This document shows, piece after piece, positions 18,006 to 28,453 of a stretch of 64,000 nucleotides of DNA. The notes beneath the pieces are model-generated. The model searched no databases. It was not told where the DNA came from and was given only the letters and a program-made list of their open reading frames with translations. This stretch comes from Methanotrichaceae archaeon (GTDB lineage Archaea; Halobacteriota; Methanosarcinia; Methanotrichales; Methanotrichaceae): the NCBI GenBank assembly GCA_963803145.1, contig CAWDLW010000042.1, positions 1 to 64,000 on the forward strand, written 5' to 3'. The position numbers were made by a program, and so were the translations under genes. Positions within the stretch are counted from its first letter, which is position 1; each line of letters opens with the position of its first letter.

Positions 18006-19928
18006 TCACCTGGTCTCTTTGGTGATAGCCTTGAACTTATCAGGACAGGCTGTGGAGCAGGCTCCGCATTTTATGCAGGCGCCTTTGTCTATCACATGCA
18101 CCTTCTTAGTCTCGCCTGAAATTGCGCCAGCAGGACAGCTCTCAAGGCATAGCCCGCAACCCCTGCATTTTTCAGGATTTATTGAGAATGTGATTAGCTC
18201 ACGGCAGACTAGAGAGGGACAGCTCTTATGCAAAATATGCTCTTTATACTCGTCTCTGAAATACTTGATAGTGGTAAGAACTGGGTTGGGAGCCCCGGCT
18301 CCGAGACCGCATAGTGCACCATTCCTCACAGTGTTAGCCAACTTCTCAAGCTTTGCCAGATCATCCATTCCCGCCTCGCCTCTGGTGATCTTTTCCAGTA
18401 TCGCAAGCATTTGCCTTGTCCCGATCCTGCAGGGGGTACATTTGCCGCAGGATTCGGATTGAGTAAACGTTAAGAAGAATCTCGCGAGATCGACAACACA
18501 AGTGTCTTCGTCAATGATGATCATGCTTCCCGAGCCCATTATTGAGCCCTCTTTCGTCAGCGATTCATAATCGACTGGAGTATCTAGATGAGCTGCAGGT
18601 ATGCATCCACCGGATGGTCCGCCTGTAAGTACTCCTTTACAGTCTTTACCTCCCTGTATTCCGCCTCCAATATCAAAGATGATATCGCGTAGAGTCATTC
18701 CCATAGGAACTTCAATAAGACCCGCTCTCTGCACGGTCCCTGCAAGCGAGAGTGTCTTGGTTCCACGGCTCCTGCCGATGCCAAAGGATGAATGCCACTT
18801 TCCTCCACGGTTGATAATCTCGGCAAGATCTGCCAGAGTTTCAACATTGTTTATGTTTGTAGGCTTGCCCCAGAGGCCGGCATTTGCTGGAAATGGCGGC
18901 CTAGTCCTCGGCATTCCGCGTCTGCCCTCAATCGATGCCATGAGTGCAGTCTCCTCGCCGCAGACGAAAGCCCCAGCACCTTCTTTTATGGATATATCGA
19001 AATCCATGCCTGAGCCAAGCACATTTTCGCCCAGGAGGCCGAGTTCACGCGCCTGCCCCAAAGCTATGTCCAACCTCTTCAGGGCCAAAGGATACTCGGC
19101 ACGACAGTAAATGTATCCTTGAGTAGAGCCAATTGCATGGGCTGCGATCAGCATGCCCTCTATAACCGAGTGAGGATCTCCTTCCAGGACAGATCTGTCC
19201 ATGAAGGCCCCGGGATCTCCCTCATCGGCATTGCATATCAGGTACTTCTCGGTCCCCTTCGATTTGCGGCAGAACTCCCATTTGGTGCCAGTTGGGAATC
19301 CTGCACCACCACGGCCGCGTAAGCCCGAGGACTTTACCTCCTCAGTCACTGCCTCAGGCGTCATTTGCAGGGCCTTCTCAAGAGCACTGTAGCCGCCTCT
19401 GGCAATGTAATGATGTATGTTCTCAGGATCAATAATGCCGCAGTTGCGCAGCGCAATCCTTACCTGAGGCTTGAGCATCGGATGATCCCAGATGGAGGCA
19501 ATATTAGGAATTGACTTCCTCTCTATTTCAGGAAGATCGACTGTTCCAAGGGCTCTTTTATTATAATTGCTACTATTGCTATTATTATAATCAATATTAT
19601 CCTCGATCGCTTCATCCACCAGTGATGAAACTACCTCAGGAGCAGCATACCCATAGCATATCATCGGCCGACCGGGAAGTTTGATGTAAACCAGTGGCTC
19701 TGCAAAACATAGCCCCAAGCATCCGACGTTCATGCTATTTGCATGAATGCCTCTCCCCTCAAGCTCGGCCTCTAGAGCGGCCTGTGTCTCGCAGGCTCTG
19801 GCAGATATTCCACATGTGGACATGCCTGTGCATATCAGCGGAATATCTCCTTCGAACAGCTTAAGCCAAGACTGTTTGGCCTCTGTGCGTATATCTTCCA
19901 GGGCTTTAGAATCTGATGATTTTTTCAT
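18006..19928 (-). CDS. NuoF/HydB-like FMN/NADH subunit
   Basis: GRGGAGFP, NADEGDPGAFMD, CGEETAL, ESCGKCTPCR, C-terminal 2x[4Fe-4S]. Confidence 0.93.
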   Translation of the reverse strand: MKKSSDSKALEDIRTEAKQSWLKLFEGDIPLICTGMSTCGISARACETQAALEAELEGRGIHANSMNVGCLGLCFAEPLVYIKLPGRPMICYGYAAPEVVSSLVDEAIEDNIDYNNSNSSNYNKRALGTVDLPEIERKSIPNIASIWDHPMLKPQVRIALRNCGIIDPENIHHYIARGGYSALEKALQMTPEAVTEEVKSSGLRGRGGAGFPTGTKWEFCRKSKGTEKYLICNADEGDPGAFMDRSVLEGDPHSVIEGMLIAAHAIGSTQGYIYCRAEYPLALKRLDIALGQARELGLLGENVLGSGMDFDISIKEGAGAFVCGEETALMASIEGRRGMPRTRPPFPANAGLWGKPTNINNVETLADLAEIINRGGKWHSSFGIGRSRGTKTLSLAGTVQRAGLIEVPMGMTLRDIIFDIGGGIQGGKDCKGVLTGGPSGGCIPAAHLDTPVDYESLTKEGSIMGSGSMIIIDEDTCVVDLARFFLTFTQSESCGKCTPCRIGTRQMLAILEKITRGEAGMDDLAKLEKLANTVRNGALCGLGAGAPNPVLTTIKYFRDEYKEHILHKSCPSLVCRELITFSINPEKCRGCGLCLESCPAGAISGETKKVHVIDKGACIKCGACSTACPDKFKAITKETR

Positions 19929-19956
19929 AATAACCCAAGATAATGATCTAAGCCTG

Positions 19957-20442
19957 TTACCTCAGGCGAGATAATATCGAATCTGCTTGCGAGAGTGATA
20001 AATCTCCGTAAATTACACCATCCACCGACATTACGGGCGATTTAGAGCAGCACCCAAGGCATGCGACGGTCTCAAGGCTGAATTTGCCATCTTTTGTAGT
20101 GCTGTCGGACCTAATACCCAATCTTCTAGTCAGATGATCGAGAAGTCTGCGGCCTCCTTTGAGATAGCAAGAGGTGCCCATACAGACCTTGATATTGTGC
20201 TCTCCAGGGCGGAAAAGCTTAAACTCGGCATAAAATGTGGCAACGCCGTATACCTCGCTCTCTGATATCTCCAAAACTTCAGAGATCTCCTCCACGGCCT
20301 CCGGCGAGATGTATCCCAGGCTGGATTGTGCCTTTTGTAGAAGGGGGATAAGCGCTCCCTCTTTTTCGGCATTATTCAACATCTGCTTATCTGAGGATTC
20401 TTTCATGGGTCTCATTGTCATCGCAATTGTTGACCTATTCAA
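19957..20442 (-). CDS. NuoE/HydC-like [2Fe-2S] subunit
   Basis: VATFY, CMGTSC...CLGCC. Confidence 0.92.
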   Translation of the reverse strand: MNRSTIAMTMRPMKESSDKQMLNNAEKEGALIPLLQKAQSSLGYISPEAVEEISEVLEISESEVYGVATFYAEFKLFRPGEHNIKVCMGTSCYLKGGRRLLDHLTRRLGIRSDSTTKDGKFSLETVACLGCCSKSPVMSVDGVIYGDLSLSQADSILSRLR

Positions 20443-20607
20443 ACATAGATCTTCAGACTAGGATTTCTGTTTCCGGCATTCCTCTTAATAAATCACACGG
20501 TTAAATTGTTACTATTATTCCAGCTATCATTTCGATGGCTCTCGCATTCGTGGAAAGATTAATAGCCTGGAAGATACGAGTGAATCGCTATAATCCTATA
20601 ATCATAC

Positions 20608-20694
20608 GGGCTCGTAGGGTAGAGGATATCCTAGCGGGCTTCGGAGACTTTTCGAAGAAACCCGCTGACCTGGGTTCGAGTCCCAGCGAGTCCG
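20608..20694 (+). tRNA. tRNA-Arg(TCG) with a 15-nt intron (20645-20659)
   Basis: Acceptor GGGCTCG/CGAGTCC, anticodon stem GCGGG/CCCGC, T-loop TTCGAGT. Confidence 0.92.
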
Positions 20695-20849
20695 TCCTAT
20701 TGCTTATATCCTTTATCTAAGTTATCGACCTCGACAACTTAGATCTCCATAACATTAGTATGCGATGAGTATGCGATAAATATTTCTGATGAATTGCAAT
20801 CGAAATTTATTTTTCTACCTCCGCAGAATTATGTTCGGAGGATAGTCCT

Positions 20850-21773
20850 TTGGATATCTTTGGCAGAAAGAAACAGGAGGAGCAAGTTGGAGAGCTTGAG
20901 CGCGAGCTATCGGTGCTTCAGAAGGAAAAAGAGGATCTGGCGAAAATCCTTGAGAAACGCGATGAGAAGATTCGCAAGCTGACGAGCTCATATCAGGAGT
21001 CATGTATAGCCCTCAAAGCTGCTGAGCAGAAGGCTCTCTCTCAAGTGCATACGGCATCCGATAATGCTTCAACGACAGGGGCATCCGAGCCTCAGGGAAC
21101 TAGGCTAAGTCCAAGGGATATTGAGCGATTTCTTAGGAAGCTTCAGGCATTCAGATCTCCGGATGATGACTCTTTTACAGGATACATCCAAAACGTTAGT
21201 GATCTCCCGCCTAATCTTGCGGAATCCATTAAACCTATTAAGTCTGACAGGGGTTTTATTGTAATCCACTCTCCGCAGCTGTTTACCCTGGTGTTAATTC
21301 CCCCGTTTCCTATTAATGAGAAAACCATTGGCATAGGAAGCGCATTCCAGCTTGATCTAATGAGGGAGATGATGGAAACTCCCGTGATTGTCGCCTCTAT
21401 TCACGCAGGTGATACATTTCTAGGCATGGCCCTGAGCAAGGATGGATTTGAGGCGCAGGAGATAATAGAGAGCCAGGTTAAGGAGAAGCACTCCAAGGGA
21501 GGATGGAGCCAGAAAAGGTTTGAACGGCTTCGGGAAGAGGATATAAAAGTTCATATCGATGCCGTGAACAAGAGGCTATCCGATTTGAGCAAAAAGTATG
21601 GCTCTGTTGCCAAATTCGCTGTCTTAGGTGGCGATGCATCCCTTATGAAGCAGGTTATGCCGGCAGTAAGTATTCCAGTTGTAGAGCGGCGGTTGGAAAG
21701 ACACGATGACAAAAACCCGAATAAACTGCTCGATGAAGTATATGGTTTCGTGTGTTTCCGTATCTCGGACTAA
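20850..21773 (+). CDS. VLRF1 (Vms1/Ankzf1-like) release-factor-family protein with N-terminal coiled coil
   Basis: VKEKHSKGGWSQKRFERLREE catalytic loop. Confidence 0.85.
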   Translation: MDIFGRKKQEEQVGELERELSVLQKEKEDLAKILEKRDEKIRKLTSSYQESCIALKAAEQKALSQVHTASDNASTTGASEPQGTRLSPRDIERFLRKLQAFRSPDDDSFTGYIQNVSDLPPNLAESIKPIKSDRGFIVIHSPQLFTLVLIPPFPINEKTIGIGSAFQLDLMREMMETPVIVASIHAGDTFLGMALSKDGFEAQEIIESQVKEKHSKGGWSQKRFERLREEDIKVHIDAVNKRLSDLSKKYGSVAKFAVLGGDASLMKQVMPAVSIPVVERRLERHDDKNPNKLLDEVYGFVCFRISD

Positions 21774-21790
21774 GAAATCACAGACTAATT

Positions 21791-21838
21791 AGAAGGATAT
21801 AAGGTAAGAAGGATATAAGGTAAGAAGGATATAAGGTA
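21791..21838 (+). repeat. Tandem repeat, 3 x 16 bp
   Basis: AGAAGGATATAAGGTA three times exactly, ending 2 nt before the ATG at 21841. Confidence 0.95.
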
Positions 21839-21840
21839 AA

Positions 21841-22689
21841 ATGGCCGAAAAAGAAAAAGATCTGACAGAGCTTGCAAACTCATGGGATTGGCATATCAGG
21901 AGAACAGTGGCATGGGACTCCCACACACCAGAGAATCTTCTGATGGTCCTATCAAGGGATAGGAGTCAGTGGGTCCGCGAGGCTGTTGCGGGAAATCAGC
22001 GAACTCCCGAGGATATTCTAGCCAGGCTTGCCTGCGATGCAGACGGTTTCGTCCGCTCAGCTGTTGCCCTGAACACTAAAGCTCCTGCCAAAGCTTTAGC
22101 TGAATTAGCTGCTGATGAGATGACCGATTACGATTACACACTCAACAAGAACCGCTACCTTGTTAAAGAATCTGTCGCGAAAAACCCGAGCGTGCCGCTG
22201 GAGGCTCTGGAGGCTCTTGCACGAGATAACGATGAACATGTCCGCGCATCGGCTGCATCCAACCCCAAAATAGCCGCTGAAACCCTGTCAAGACTAGCCA
22301 GAGATGTGAGCTGGCTAGTAAGAGATAACGTTGCAAAGAACCCCTCGACTCCAGATAACATTCTATCGTACCTTTCTGCAGATAGAATAACCGATGTTAG
22401 GGCTTCTGTAGCCTTGAATCCAAGGACACCAATAAAGGCGTTGGCTAATCTGGCATCGGATAGAGAATGGGAAGTAAAGCGATCTGTAGCACAGAGCTCT
22501 GGAGCAGATGAATCAATACTTGAGGGGCTCTCAGAAAGCAGTGCATGGTTGGTAAGAGAGGCTGTAGCCCTCAACCGCAGAACGCCGAAAACCGTCCTCC
22601 AGAAGCTTTCCAAAGATCCTGACCAGAGCGTTCAGGCGGCAGCTCAGCGTGCCCTCGCTAGAGAATATGATAAATTACCGGCAATTTGA
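21841..22689 (+). CDS. Leucine-rich-repeat variant (LRV)/HEAT-like repeat protein
   Basis: About ten ~24-aa repeats, VR..VA.NP.TP...L..LA.D. Confidence 0.88.
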   Translation: MAEKEKDLTELANSWDWHIRRTVAWDSHTPENLLMVLSRDRSQWVREAVAGNQRTPEDILARLACDADGFVRSAVALNTKAPAKALAELAADEMTDYDYTLNKNRYLVKESVAKNPSVPLEALEALARDNDEHVRASAASNPKIAAETLSRLARDVSWLVRDNVAKNPSTPDNILSYLSADRITDVRASVALNPRTPIKALANLASDREWEVKRSVAQSSGADESILEGLSESSAWLVREAVALNRRTPKTVLQKLSKDPDQSVQAAAQRALAREYDKLPAI

Positions 22690-22727
22690 TATATCTTCGG
22701 CTCTAAAAATATTATTGGTAATTTGCC

Positions 22728-22919
22728 ATGGTCGCGACAGAATTGAATGGCAGATACACTGCCATCTATTTCCCATCTGAAGAAGATAAGGAGCGATGGG
22801 AAGGATTGGCTAAGGAAGCGAGGGTTCCTTTGAGTAGATTCCTGTATGAGATGTCAGAGAGAACGCTAAATAGCGAGAACGAAATTCCTCGCTCCGAAAG
22901 AACGCAATCGGTTGAGTAG
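22728..22919 (+). CDS. Small RHH-like hypothetical protein (probably truncated)
   Basis: 63 aa; IYFPSEEDKERWE.LAKEA..PLSRF. Confidence 0.45.
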   Translation: MVATELNGRYTAIYFPSEEDKERWEGLAKEARVPLSRFLYEMSERTLNSENEIPRSERTQSVE

Positions 22920-22973
22920 CATTCTTAGATTGCCTGGTGAAAGACCAAATGCAATAATAAAAAGGGTCTTCAA

Positions 22974-23144
22974 TGTGCTGTGTCGAATAAGTCTTTTATA
23001 GTTTAAATATAAATAGTAAGTAATGGACTACATCGATAATAGAGACTGGCCAGAATATAATGCTCAACTTGAAGGATTCATTGGATTGCTTTCGACCTAC
23101 GAACCAGGATTATTGGCCGCAGATTATACTACACTCCATAAACG
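22974..23144 (+). pseudogene. IS5-family remnant (end plus internally deleted transposase 5' part)
   Basis: End GCTGTGTCGAATAA resembles 27587-27600; DNRDWPEYNAQL|EGF...ADYTTL is homologous to the 27181-27550 fragment. Confidence 0.7.
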
Positions 23145-24369
23145 GGTTGTGTATGTGACCTATTGAAATGGGATCCTCCAAGTCATTAACTCCTTCATAG
23201 TCCAAATATGGTCGGTAATCAATTCAACCATCGCAGGCGTTTGAGGGATCCATTTTTTAGGATTCAGAGCGAATCCCACTTCTTCCATGTCAAGGTTTAT
23301 CTCAATTTTTAAAGAATCATGCGGCTTAACGAAGTTGTACCAAGCTTGGAAAAAGTCTATTGCGCCGGTATGAATTTGCCTATCTTTACTAAAGTTCATA
23401 GACTCACGTATAAACCTGGCCAGATAATTCCTGAAAGTGAGATTCATTCGTTCGACGTAGGATGTCTGGATATGTTCTTTCGATGTTGGGCAAAGCAGTT
23501 CAAGCACATCTTTCGGGTCACCATATACAATCCGTTCAAATGTGTTAACCACTTCATCATTCTTTTTATTTTTCACAATTTGAGCATATTTAAGGTCAGG
23601 AGGAGGAACAAGTATAGGATTTGGTTTTCTGCCTAGTCCTTTGTATTCAGGCGTCTCCTTGACACCGTAGACTTCAAGGAGGGCATTGGAAAATGGATCC
23701 CAATCATCGGAAACGAATACCGGAAGAGGTGTGCCTGTCGCCCGTCTATGTTCTAAGTCACTAAATAAGGCAGTTGCATCTTCTATAGTTCGGCCACCTT
23801 CATGATGGCAGATTAGTAACCTTGATTCAGCATTTATTGCTGTCAGACTATATACGTCACCAACGTCTTTTGAGTCATAGCTACTTACATTTTTTTGTTT
23901 TTTTACAAAATGACCATATTTCATCTATCTGCACTTGTGTAAGATGAAGATGGTTCAGGAAGTAATCATTGACCTCTTTGCAATGATCCGCTGCCCTTTT
24001 GAGCCATCGGCAGATTGTATTTTTATCATGACCTGTAGATCTTGCAACACCACGAATACTGCCTTTTTCTACCAATTGGGCCAGGACATCTAAGACTTCC
24101 TCATCTGATGTGCTCAAACCGAAAAATATTGTTCCGCGAGTCTCGCTGAAACAATGACCACATGTTCTGCACTTCAAGAGCGCACGGTTGTTCTTTCCAT
24201 AGTGATCTTTTATCACTATGTTGCCTTTATCGTTTATACCATAATCCTGGCAGCCTTCATGATGGCACCAGTAATCGGACAATGTAATATCAGACATTTT
24301 TGATACATCCCTTTTAAAGAATGTATCATTATAAACATATAACTATTTCATCGGAACGCATACACGACC
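23145..24369 (-). mobile_element. IS1-family element, copy 2 (orfA 23881-24297, orfB 23160-23924)
   Basis: Same length and inverted repeats as copy 1; only a few substitutions (e.g. PRT vs PQT). Confidence 0.9.
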
Positions 24370-24673
24370 CGAAATCCTTTGAAAGCACAATTCCATTTTT
24401 CGCCTCAATGATCGATCTCAATGTCAAATCCATATCTTGGAGGTCTGGAGATAAATGATTGTAGAAGGAAATGCTCATCCCCAGATATTCTCTGCTATCT
24501 CCGATATAAAGAGGAGGTAAGTAATAAACTGAAATAAATAATAATATAATTGAATAAATTGCAAGTATAGAAATTGATAATCTATCACAAAAAATAGTGC
24601 TAAAATGGGCACTAGTTTTCGCTTGTGCTTTCCTTATCAAATTAATTTCCTTCATAGTGTCCCTTACGGCCAT
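24370..24673 (-). pseudogene. Inverted 5' part of a membrane-protein gene
   Basis: TM helix, GDSREY, ends ...LSKDF at the 8-mer GGATTTCG that is duplicated at 24815-24822. Confidence 0.8.
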
Positions 24674-24791
24674 TTCTAATATGCATTATAAAACTTCCGA
24701 TTGTGAGGTGAGTTACCGAAAACAGATAGTAATCGGCACTTTATTAAATTCAGCAGTAATTTGCGGCCAGCTATCGATTCTTTGGCGTTCT

Positions 24792-24814
24792 TTCAGTAGC
24801 TCACACCCACGACC
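24792..24814 (-). mobile_element. Solo IS1-family inverted-repeat remnant
   Basis: Reverse complement GGTCGTGGGTGTGAGCTACTGAA vs IS end GGTTGTGTATGTGACCTATTGAA (18/23). Confidence 0.75.
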
Positions 24815-26549
24815 GGATTTCGATTATTTACAATATTACAGATCCGAAAGCGGCAAATACTACTCCGATCATATGTGGATATATTCATTATTGAATATGC
24901 CAATATTTTCGCTAATTCATTATTTAAATTTTAATGAATATAGATCGTTTCAAATAACAAATTCGCTCCTTATTATTGCTTGTTTGTGGCTCATAATTTT
25001 TCTTAAACCTTTTAAGGGGTGGAATAACTTTTGGTTTTTTCTTTTATGTGCAATTAATCCTGCTTTATTTTACATATGGTGGCCGCATACAGAGGTTTTT
25101 TCTTACTCATTTGTAGTCATGGCTATTGTATTTGCTATGAAAGGAGACTATAAATTATCTGTTCTATTATCTGCATTTGCTTCATTGCAGAATCCTCCGA
25201 TCATCATCTTGGCTATCTATTTTGTCTTTTTTGGATGGAAAGAATCAAATTGGGATACTAAGAACTTGTTCTATCTCTTGGGTTGCGCGTCATTTTCTTC
25301 AATTTATTATATATTTTATTATCTGAATTACCACACATATAGCCTGCAAGCTTTAATCGGTGCCGCTAGCATAGATAACATATCATCCAATAAAGTATTG
25401 AATCTATTTTTTGATTTAAATTGCGGCATGTTGCCTTATATTCCTTTATTATTGATACTGGCATTATTGTCATTAGTTTTCTCGCTAAAGAAAAAAGATC
25501 TATTTATAGCCTCTTTGTGGCTTGTTCTGATATCGATGGCTACCTTAGCTGCAACCACTGTCAATTGGAATAGTGGAATGCTGTACATTGATAGATATGC
25601 TATTTGGATGTTGCCCATAGTGATTTTGATTTCAATTTGTGGCTTAAAAGGATTATCCAGAAAGAAATCAAATGTTATTCTGTTCTCTGTATTCATGATA
25701 AACCTTTCAGTCACGGGATTTTGCCTCTATGAGCATGATCTTGGCTCCTACTTAAAGTTTAATAGCCTATCCGGATTAATTTTAGTCAATTCACCAAATC
25801 TTTATAATCCTCCGTACGAATTGTTTGCTGAACGTTCAATAGGAGCTGAAATTGATTATCGTGAATACTTGCCCATAATTTTTACATATGATGGCAAACC
25901 AAGGAAAATATTAACCGACGATCGGAATTTAGGTTTGATAGAAAAATTCCTTGGCAAACCAATTGATACCACAGTCTACGAACAAATAAAAAAATCTAAA
26001 ATTGGATATATTAATTTTGGGAATCTATACCCTATGTATTCATACGATGAACAAAAGATTGTCATTTACAATAAGAAAAATATCGAAGATATCTTATTAA
26101 GTGGACTAACTATTTTGGACGATCATTGTTTTGGCACAAACAATTGGTATGGTATCCAAAACTGGAATGGCATAAAGACACGATGGATGAAAAATAATGC
26201 TACGATTTCTGTTTATTCGTCCAATGACCTTACCGCTGATTTGAGCTTTCAAGTGGCCAGCTTCTACCGCGAGAGAACCATGACGATTTATTCAGGAAAT
26301 ATCCAGGAAGGAAGATTTGCGGTTCCCGTTATGAACTTCACCTCAAAATCTGTTCCGGTTAAGCTCAAACCTGGCTACAATTCTATACGATTTTATGTAA
26401 AGGAAGGTTGCGAAAGACCGTCAGACAAACATGAATTGAACAGCAAAGATTCAAGGTGTCTGAGCGTGGCGGTTCAGAATATGACACTAAATGGGAGAAT
26501 AGCAAATCTCTTTTGGGCACAATCGGGTCGTGATGGTAGAACGAGTTGA
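24815..26549 (+). pseudogene. 3' part of a multi-TM membrane protein (possibly GT-C-like), AT-rich
   Basis: DFDYLQYY... continues the inverted fragment in frame; about ten TM segments plus a C-terminal soluble domain; extreme C-terminus runs into an IS end at 26526. Confidence 0.75.
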
Positions 26550-27180
26550 AGTTATATACTACATTCACTATCAATCATCGGGGGAATAGCAAGTTGGGAA
26601 AACGAGGCCCAAGACCAAATTCTCAGATGTCGCCTGTCCGAACGAAGAATGTGAACACTATGGTCTCACGGATCAAGGTAATGTAGTGGGAAACGGAACG
26701 TACAAAACCAAGTCCGGTTGCGTTCGAAAGTATATTTGCAGGATGTGTGGCAAGGTATTCTGTGATCGCAGCAATACGATGTTCTATGATCTCAGGACAA
26801 GTAAAGATAAGGTTGTCCTAGCTTTGAAGCTTGTCACAAAAGGAATGAGCCAAAGATCTACGGCAGAAGTTCTGGAAGTTTGTCCACAATCCATTAGCAT
26901 CTGGATTTCGCGAGCATCAGATCAAAGTGAAGCAGTAAGTGGTGTCTATTTAAAGGATTTAAAGGTTTCCAAGGTGGAAATGGATGAGCTATGGACCTTT
27001 GCTGGAAAAAAAGAATCCCGAAAAATGAAGAATTTGAAGACGATGGCACGTGGATCTGAGTAAGCATGGCACCTGAATGCCGTTTAGTCTTATCTCACCC
27101 AATAGGCGAAAGACATCGTATGATGGCAAGAGAATTGGTGGCCAAAACTGCGGAGAGATTGGCTTCTATGCCGCTATTTG
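26526..27180 (+). mobile_element. Degraded, truncated IS1-family element (different subtype)
   Basis: GGTCGTG end; frameshifted MGKRGPRP/DVACPNEEC; CRMC, HTH, EMDELWTF; in-frame TGA in orfB. Confidence 0.75.
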
Positions 27181-27600
27181 TAACTTTAATTCCAGTTGAG
27201 TCTACAGCTACCACAATATCATTTTCTGGCATAGGAACATTCAGCTCTAGTTCTACAATTCTTTGCCATAATGTAGTGTAATCAGCGGATCTTAAACCCG
27301 GAATGAAGCCACTGAGCGCCTGAAGATAGCCTTCTAATTGACGATAAGACAAGTGAGGAAATGCATACATCAAGCCGCAAAATTGGATAAATGTGTTAGG
27401 ATAGATATAAAGACGACCGTTTTTGCCTTTATTCATGGCTCGAAGCTCTCCGTCCCATTGTTTTAGGAAGTCAGTATGTAGGTAGAACCAGCCACGTCTA
27501 ACTAATCGATCGTTATATGATGGCCAATCGCGATTATCTTCATAAGTCATACTATAATATATATGTACATTTATAAGTTATAAAAGTTATCCAACACAGC
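27181..27600 (-). mobile_element. IS5-family remnant (5' half of transposase)
   Basis: DNRDWPSYNDRLVRRG, YRQLEG, DYTTL, VAVDSTGIKVT, then truncated. Confidence 0.8.
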
Positions 27601-27655
27601 AGAATGCTCCATGAAATCAAAGCTGATTTATTACCGGTATTTTCTCCCGAACTCA

Positions 27656-28453
27656 CTAAAGAGCCTGCTTGAACTGCTGGTCCAGGTGGGCCTGTATCTC
27701 ATCTACAGCTTGCTTTAATGTAATATTATTATCGTAATTGTCTAGAATCATTTGTTGCTCAGATGGAGGAACTTCATGAAGCTGGTGAAGTGTTGATATT
27801 ATATTAGGCACTGCCCTGACGATATTATCGACAATTGTGATCGTTGCCATTCTTCCAGTTCTTGAAAGAGGATTGAGATCAATTGCTATCACCTTTTTGC
27901 CCATTGCTATAAGAGCCTCACAGCGGTCTCCATCTTCCAGAGGAATAAGCACAACGTCTGCATCATAAATTCCACCAATTGTTGCTTTAGCCCTGGAATG
28001 ATCCAGCCCGGAAATCATTGTATCAGGGTTCTCGCCCAAAACCCGGGCAGCACCAAGACTGCGGAGCAGATCTGCAATCTTCTTCACCCTCTCCTCAGTC
28101 CTGTGGAATAGGTTTACCTCCAATGGCGCACGAAGCTCATCGGCCAGCTGAACCATACCTTCAGGGATAAGTGCAGCAACGTTGCCGTTCACGCTGAGCA
28201 CAGGATGCTTCGCAAGAAGCAGCATAGCAGCAGCGGCTCTGGCGGCTGATGCTGCTGAAGGATTCGTCTTTTCACCAATTAGATAGTCGAATGCCTCGCC
28301 CCGGCCCTGGGCAATCATGCCCTGTATGCTGGTCAGCCCTTTTCTGACCCCATCTGCGATTCGTTCGCGGCAGAGAAGTGACGCATATCTCGGATGGGAC
28401 TTCGGTATCTCAGTCAAGGTTTGCGCCTCTATGTGATACGTTTGTCGAGCCAA
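27656..28453 (-). CDS. Phosphopantothenate synthetase (4-phosphopantoate--beta-alanine ligase)
   Basis: HPRYASL, GRGEAFDYLIGE, SVNGN, PLEDGDR, IDLNPLSRT; true start may lie slightly downstream. Confidence 0.93.
   Translation of the reverse strand: MARQTYHIEAQTLTEIPKSHPRYASLLCRERIADGVRKGLTSIQGMIAQGRGEAFDYLIGEKTNPSAASAARAAAAMLLLAKHPVLSVNGNVAALIPEGMVQLADELRAPLEVNLFHRTEERVKKIADLLRSLGAARVLGENPDTMISGLDHSRAKATIGGIYDADVVLIPLEDGDRCEALIAMGKKVIAIDLNPLSRTGRMATITIVDNIVRAVPNIISTLHQLHEVPPSEQQMILDNYDNNITLKQAVDEIQAHLDQQFKQAL

Noticed and set aside
6719-24369. Composite transposon bounded by the two IS1 copies
   Set aside because: Outer flanks share no duplication, and the interior holds core genes and a tRNA.
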